A DNA stretch of 64,000 nucleotides. It comes from an uncultured bacterium (GTDB taxonomy: Bacteria > Zixibacteria > MSB-5A5 > CAIYYT01). The notes under the pieces were generated by a model, which was given only the letters and a program-made list of their open reading frames with translations, did not search any database and had not been told where the DNA came from. Position 1 is the first letter of the stretch; each line of letters opens with the position of its first letter. Location: contig CAVSCK010000004.1 of the NCBI GenBank assembly GCA_963726455.1, positions 1,504,001 through 1,568,000 on the forward strand, given 5' to 3'. Both the position numbers and the translations under genes were made by a program. This document shows positions 61,226 to 64,000 of this stretch, one piece after another.

Positions 61226-62965
61226 ATGCCCTTTCAAGCAAGAAACGTGAACAGTCTGGAAAAGACTGACAAATTTATCCTGCCGGTCAGCAATGAGCAG
61301 GGAAGCATACCGTCCGAGACCAGCGCGGAAGACTTACTCACGCGCATGGAACGTTCGGTGAACACGATCACCCAGGCGCGTCCTCATTTGTCAATGAGCA
61401 AGGCCGCCAATGGCGAGATCAGCAACTATAAGACCCTGCTGGAAATCTCGGCCATGGTCAACAGTTCGCTGGTGACGGATGACATTCTTCAAGTAGTGAT
61501 GAAGCGCGCCATCGAGATGATGAAGGCCGAACGCGGCTTTCTGATGCTTTTGGACGAACATAACCAGTTGCAATTCCGTACCGTATACAATCTCTGCAAA
61601 GAAGAATTGATGCAGGAGGACTTCAAGTTCTCCGGATCAATCGCCAACAAAGTCGCAGCGACCGGCGAATCGGTCTACACCTCCGACGCTCAGAACGACG
61701 AACGCTATTCCAAACAGAAATCGATCGCCGAACTGAACCTTCGCTCCGTCATGTGTGTTCCGCTCAAGATACAGGAAAAGGTCATCGGTGTCATATATCT
61801 GGACAATTCGAGCGAGGCCCGCCTCTTCCTCGAAAGCGATCTCTATTTATTCGAACTCTTTGCCACGCAGGCCGCGATTGCGATCAACAACTCCCGACTG
61901 TACGAGAAGATCGTCCGGCTGAAACGTTTCAACGAAAACGTAGTTTCCAATACGCCGGTCGGCCTGGTCGTACTTAGCGGTAAACTCAGAGTAGCCGTAA
62001 TGAATTCGGCGGCCGAAAAGATTTTCGCCCGCAAGTGCCCGGTTGGGACGGCCCTTGACGCTCTGTTGAACGACAGCACCTACGACCGCTGGCAGCAGAG
62101 TTGCCAGAACGTGATTTCCTCGGGTGTTGACGAGTCAATTTCGCGCTGCTACGTATCCGTCGGCGAAGAGGAAAAGGTCGTCGCCGTGAAATTTTCTCCG
62201 ATGGAAGAAGTCGACCATTATGGTCGCGGCGTGATCGTGGTAATCGAGGACATCACCGAAAAGACGATACTGGAAAATTATGTCACGATCTCCGAAAAAC
62301 TGATCGCCAAGGGCGAAATGGCGGCTTCAATCGGCCACGAGCTGAACAACTTCCTCGCGATCATCTCGAACAATGCCGAACTCATGCAGGTACGGCTCAA
62401 AAAGGGCGAATTCGACAAGCTCGAAAAATCGTCGACCGCAATTCTGGATAACATCGACAAGATCAAACGCTTCACCGATAATCTGATGGATCTCTCGAAA
62501 CTCGATCAGGAACTGGTGGTGTACAACCTCAACCGTCTGATTGACGATCTGCTGTTTACGATCAAGTCACAGCAGCGCTTCAAATCGGTCGGATTTGTGG
62601 TAAGAATGTGCCCCGAGCTGCCCGATTGCGAGATCGATGTCGGCCAAATGCAGCAAGTATTTCTCAACCTGCTGTATAACGCCGCTGACGCTCTCGAAAA
62701 CCGCGAAAGCAAGGCCGAAATTCTGATCACCACTCGCACCGAGGGCGATAGTCTCGTCGCCACCGTTCGTGATTCCGGCTGCGGCGTACCGCCGGAAAAC
62801 ATGGAACGGATATTCGAGTCGCATTTCTCGACCAAGACGCACGGCCACGGCCTGGGGCTGTCCAACTGCAAGAGAATTATCGAGAACCATCACGGCACCA
62901 TTACGGTTGACAGCAAGTTGGGTGAGTACACGGAATTCAAGATTGTTCTGCCGCACAAGCGGTAA
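61226..62965 (+). CDS. Cytoplasmic GAF-PAS histidine kinase
   Basis: AERGFLML, LRSVMCVPL, GHELNN, NLLYNA, DSGCG, GHGLGL. Confidence 0.92.
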   Translation: MPFQARNVNSLEKTDKFILPVSNEQGSIPSETSAEDLLTRMERSVNTITQARPHLSMSKAANGEISNYKTLLEISAMVNSSLVTDDILQVVMKRAIEMMKAERGFLMLLDEHNQLQFRTVYNLCKEELMQEDFKFSGSIANKVAATGESVYTSDAQNDERYSKQKSIAELNLRSVMCVPLKIQEKVIGVIYLDNSSEARLFLESDLYLFELFATQAAIAINNSRLYEKIVRLKRFNENVVSNTPVGLVVLSGKLRVAVMNSAAEKIFARKCPVGTALDALLNDSTYDRWQQSCQNVISSGVDESISRCYVSVGEEEKVVAVKFSPMEEVDHYGRGVIVVIEDITEKTILENYVTISEKLIAKGEMAASIGHELNNFLAIISNNAELMQVRLKKGEFDKLEKSSTAILDNIDKIKRFTDNLMDLSKLDQELVVYNLNRLIDDLLFTIKSQQRFKSVGFVVRMCPELPDCEIDVGQMQQVFLNLLYNAADALENRESKAEILITTRTEGDSLVATVRDSGCGVPPENMERIFESHFSTKTHGHGLGLSNCKRIIENHHGTITVDSKLGEYTEFKIVLPHKR

Positions 62966-62974
62966 TATATCAGC

Positions 62975-64000
62975 ATGAATATCTTTCCCGAGTCTGCGGG
63001 GCTGCACGGGGCAGAGCTTATTGGGGAGGGCGGCACAGGTCTCGTTTATTCAGCATATGCTGCGCCACAGCAGCGCATTGCCGTCAAAGTTGCCATCAAC
63101 GACAGTCCCGCAACTCGGAAACTGTTCCACACCGAATACACGCTTCTCCGAAGTTTATCGCATCCCGGCATAATCAAACTGCACGATTTCGGTTATACCA
63201 CCGACAACCGCCCCTACTTCGTCATGGAGCTTCTGTCGGGAGGTGACCTGTACAGCTTCACCGACCGCCTGGCTCCCAAAGACCGCTTCCACCCGCTGGG
63301 ACGAATCCTGCCGGCGCTCGAATACCTGCATCGCCTAGATATCATTCACCGCGATCTCAAGGGCGAAAACGTCCTTTTCGATGCCGAGCACCGTCCGCGT
63401 CTGACCGATCTGGGCCTGGCGACCGGCTGCTGCGATAACGATACCGCGCGCGCCGGAACTGTCGAATACATGGCGCCGGAAATTATCGATAAGTGCGAAG
63501 CAACGCCGGCGGCGGACATCTACTCGCTCGGCGTGATGCTCTACCGCATGGCCACCGGACGCCTGCCGTTTACCTCGGATGATCCCTTGCAGATCATTTC
63601 ACTGAAACATGATCACAACGACGTCGACGTAAGCGAACTGAATTCAATTGTAACTCCCCGATTTGCACAGCTCGTTCGCCGCTGCCTCGATCCCGAGCCG
63701 GCACAACGGCCCAAGTCAGTTGGTGATATCGCCGAGCAACTGCAAGTTGACGGACTCATCGACGACAGCGATCTCGATCCATCCACGGCTCGAAGTTATC
63801 TGCACCACTACCTGTGGGCTTACAACGTAAGCTTTATCAAACAGGAAATACCGGCGGTCGAACACGATTTTCTGATCAACGACGCTTATCAGGGAGAAAC
63901 TACGCGTCTCCTCGACGCGATCTCCGATCATTTGCAGATTGCAGGATTCGCTGTATCGCGAACTAGTCAGGCACAAATCACTTATTCGCTCAGCGATGGC
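62975..64000 (+). CDS. Hanks-type Ser/Thr protein kinase, 3'-truncated by the window (absent from the ORF track)
   Basis: Manual translation: IGEGGTGLVY, AVK, HRDLKGEN, DLGLA, GTVEYMAPE, DIYSLG; no stop before window end. Confidence 0.92.
   Translation, partial: MNIFPESAGLHGAELIGEGGTGLVYSAYAAPQQRIAVKVAINDSPATRKLFHTEYTLLRSLSHPGIIKLHDFGYTTDNRPYFVMELLSGGDLYSFTDRLAPKDRFHPLGRILPALEYLHRLDIIHRDLKGENVLFDAEHRPRLTDLGLATGCCDNDTARAGTVEYMAPEIIDKCEATPAADIYSLGVMLYRMATGRLPFTSDDPLQIISLKHDHNDVDVSELNSIVTPRFAQLVRRCLDPEPAQRPKSVGDIAEQLQVDGLIDDSDLDPSTARSYLHHYLWAYNVSFIKQEIPAVEHDFLINDAYQGETTRLLDAISDHLQIAGFAVSRTSQAQITYSLSDG

Overview
GC-rich bacterial chromosomal window. Gene content (huge doubled-CXXCH cytochromes, glnS, sigma-54 signalling, lipid A acyltransferase) fits a diderm anaerobe such as candidate Zixibacteria, but that taxonomy is inference. 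Contents in order: the end of a multiheme cytochrome operon (about 26- and 16-heme proteins plus a SurA-like PPIase); a Hachiman (hamAB) anti-phage island bracketed by REP-like palindrome clusters; housekeeping genes; a probable ceramide-synthesis locus (spt, bCerS-like GNAT, CerR-like reductase); a lone AIPR gene; glnS; glmS; and a 12-kb signalling cluster (Rsb partner-switch, NtrY/X-like pair, Omp85, GAF histidine kinase, Ser/Thr kinase). The most novel-looking item is a three-gene locus at 22.8-27.3 kb: a divergent sigma-like protein, a zinc-finger anti-sigma with a YLAA motif, and a single-pass membrane protein with a cytoplasmic Lon-type Ser-Lys protease domain and an extracytoplasmic FG-GAP domain. 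This resembles a CRISPR-independent, receptor-type version of the CalpL/CalpT/CalpS cascade. Also notable: a candidate sigma-54 sRNA divergent from glmS, REP palindromes inserted in-frame in the protease gene, and apparently leaderless genes. About 12 single-base +1 frameshifts in 7 genes are most likely sequencing errors. No tRNA, rRNA, CRISPR array or transposase was recognised.
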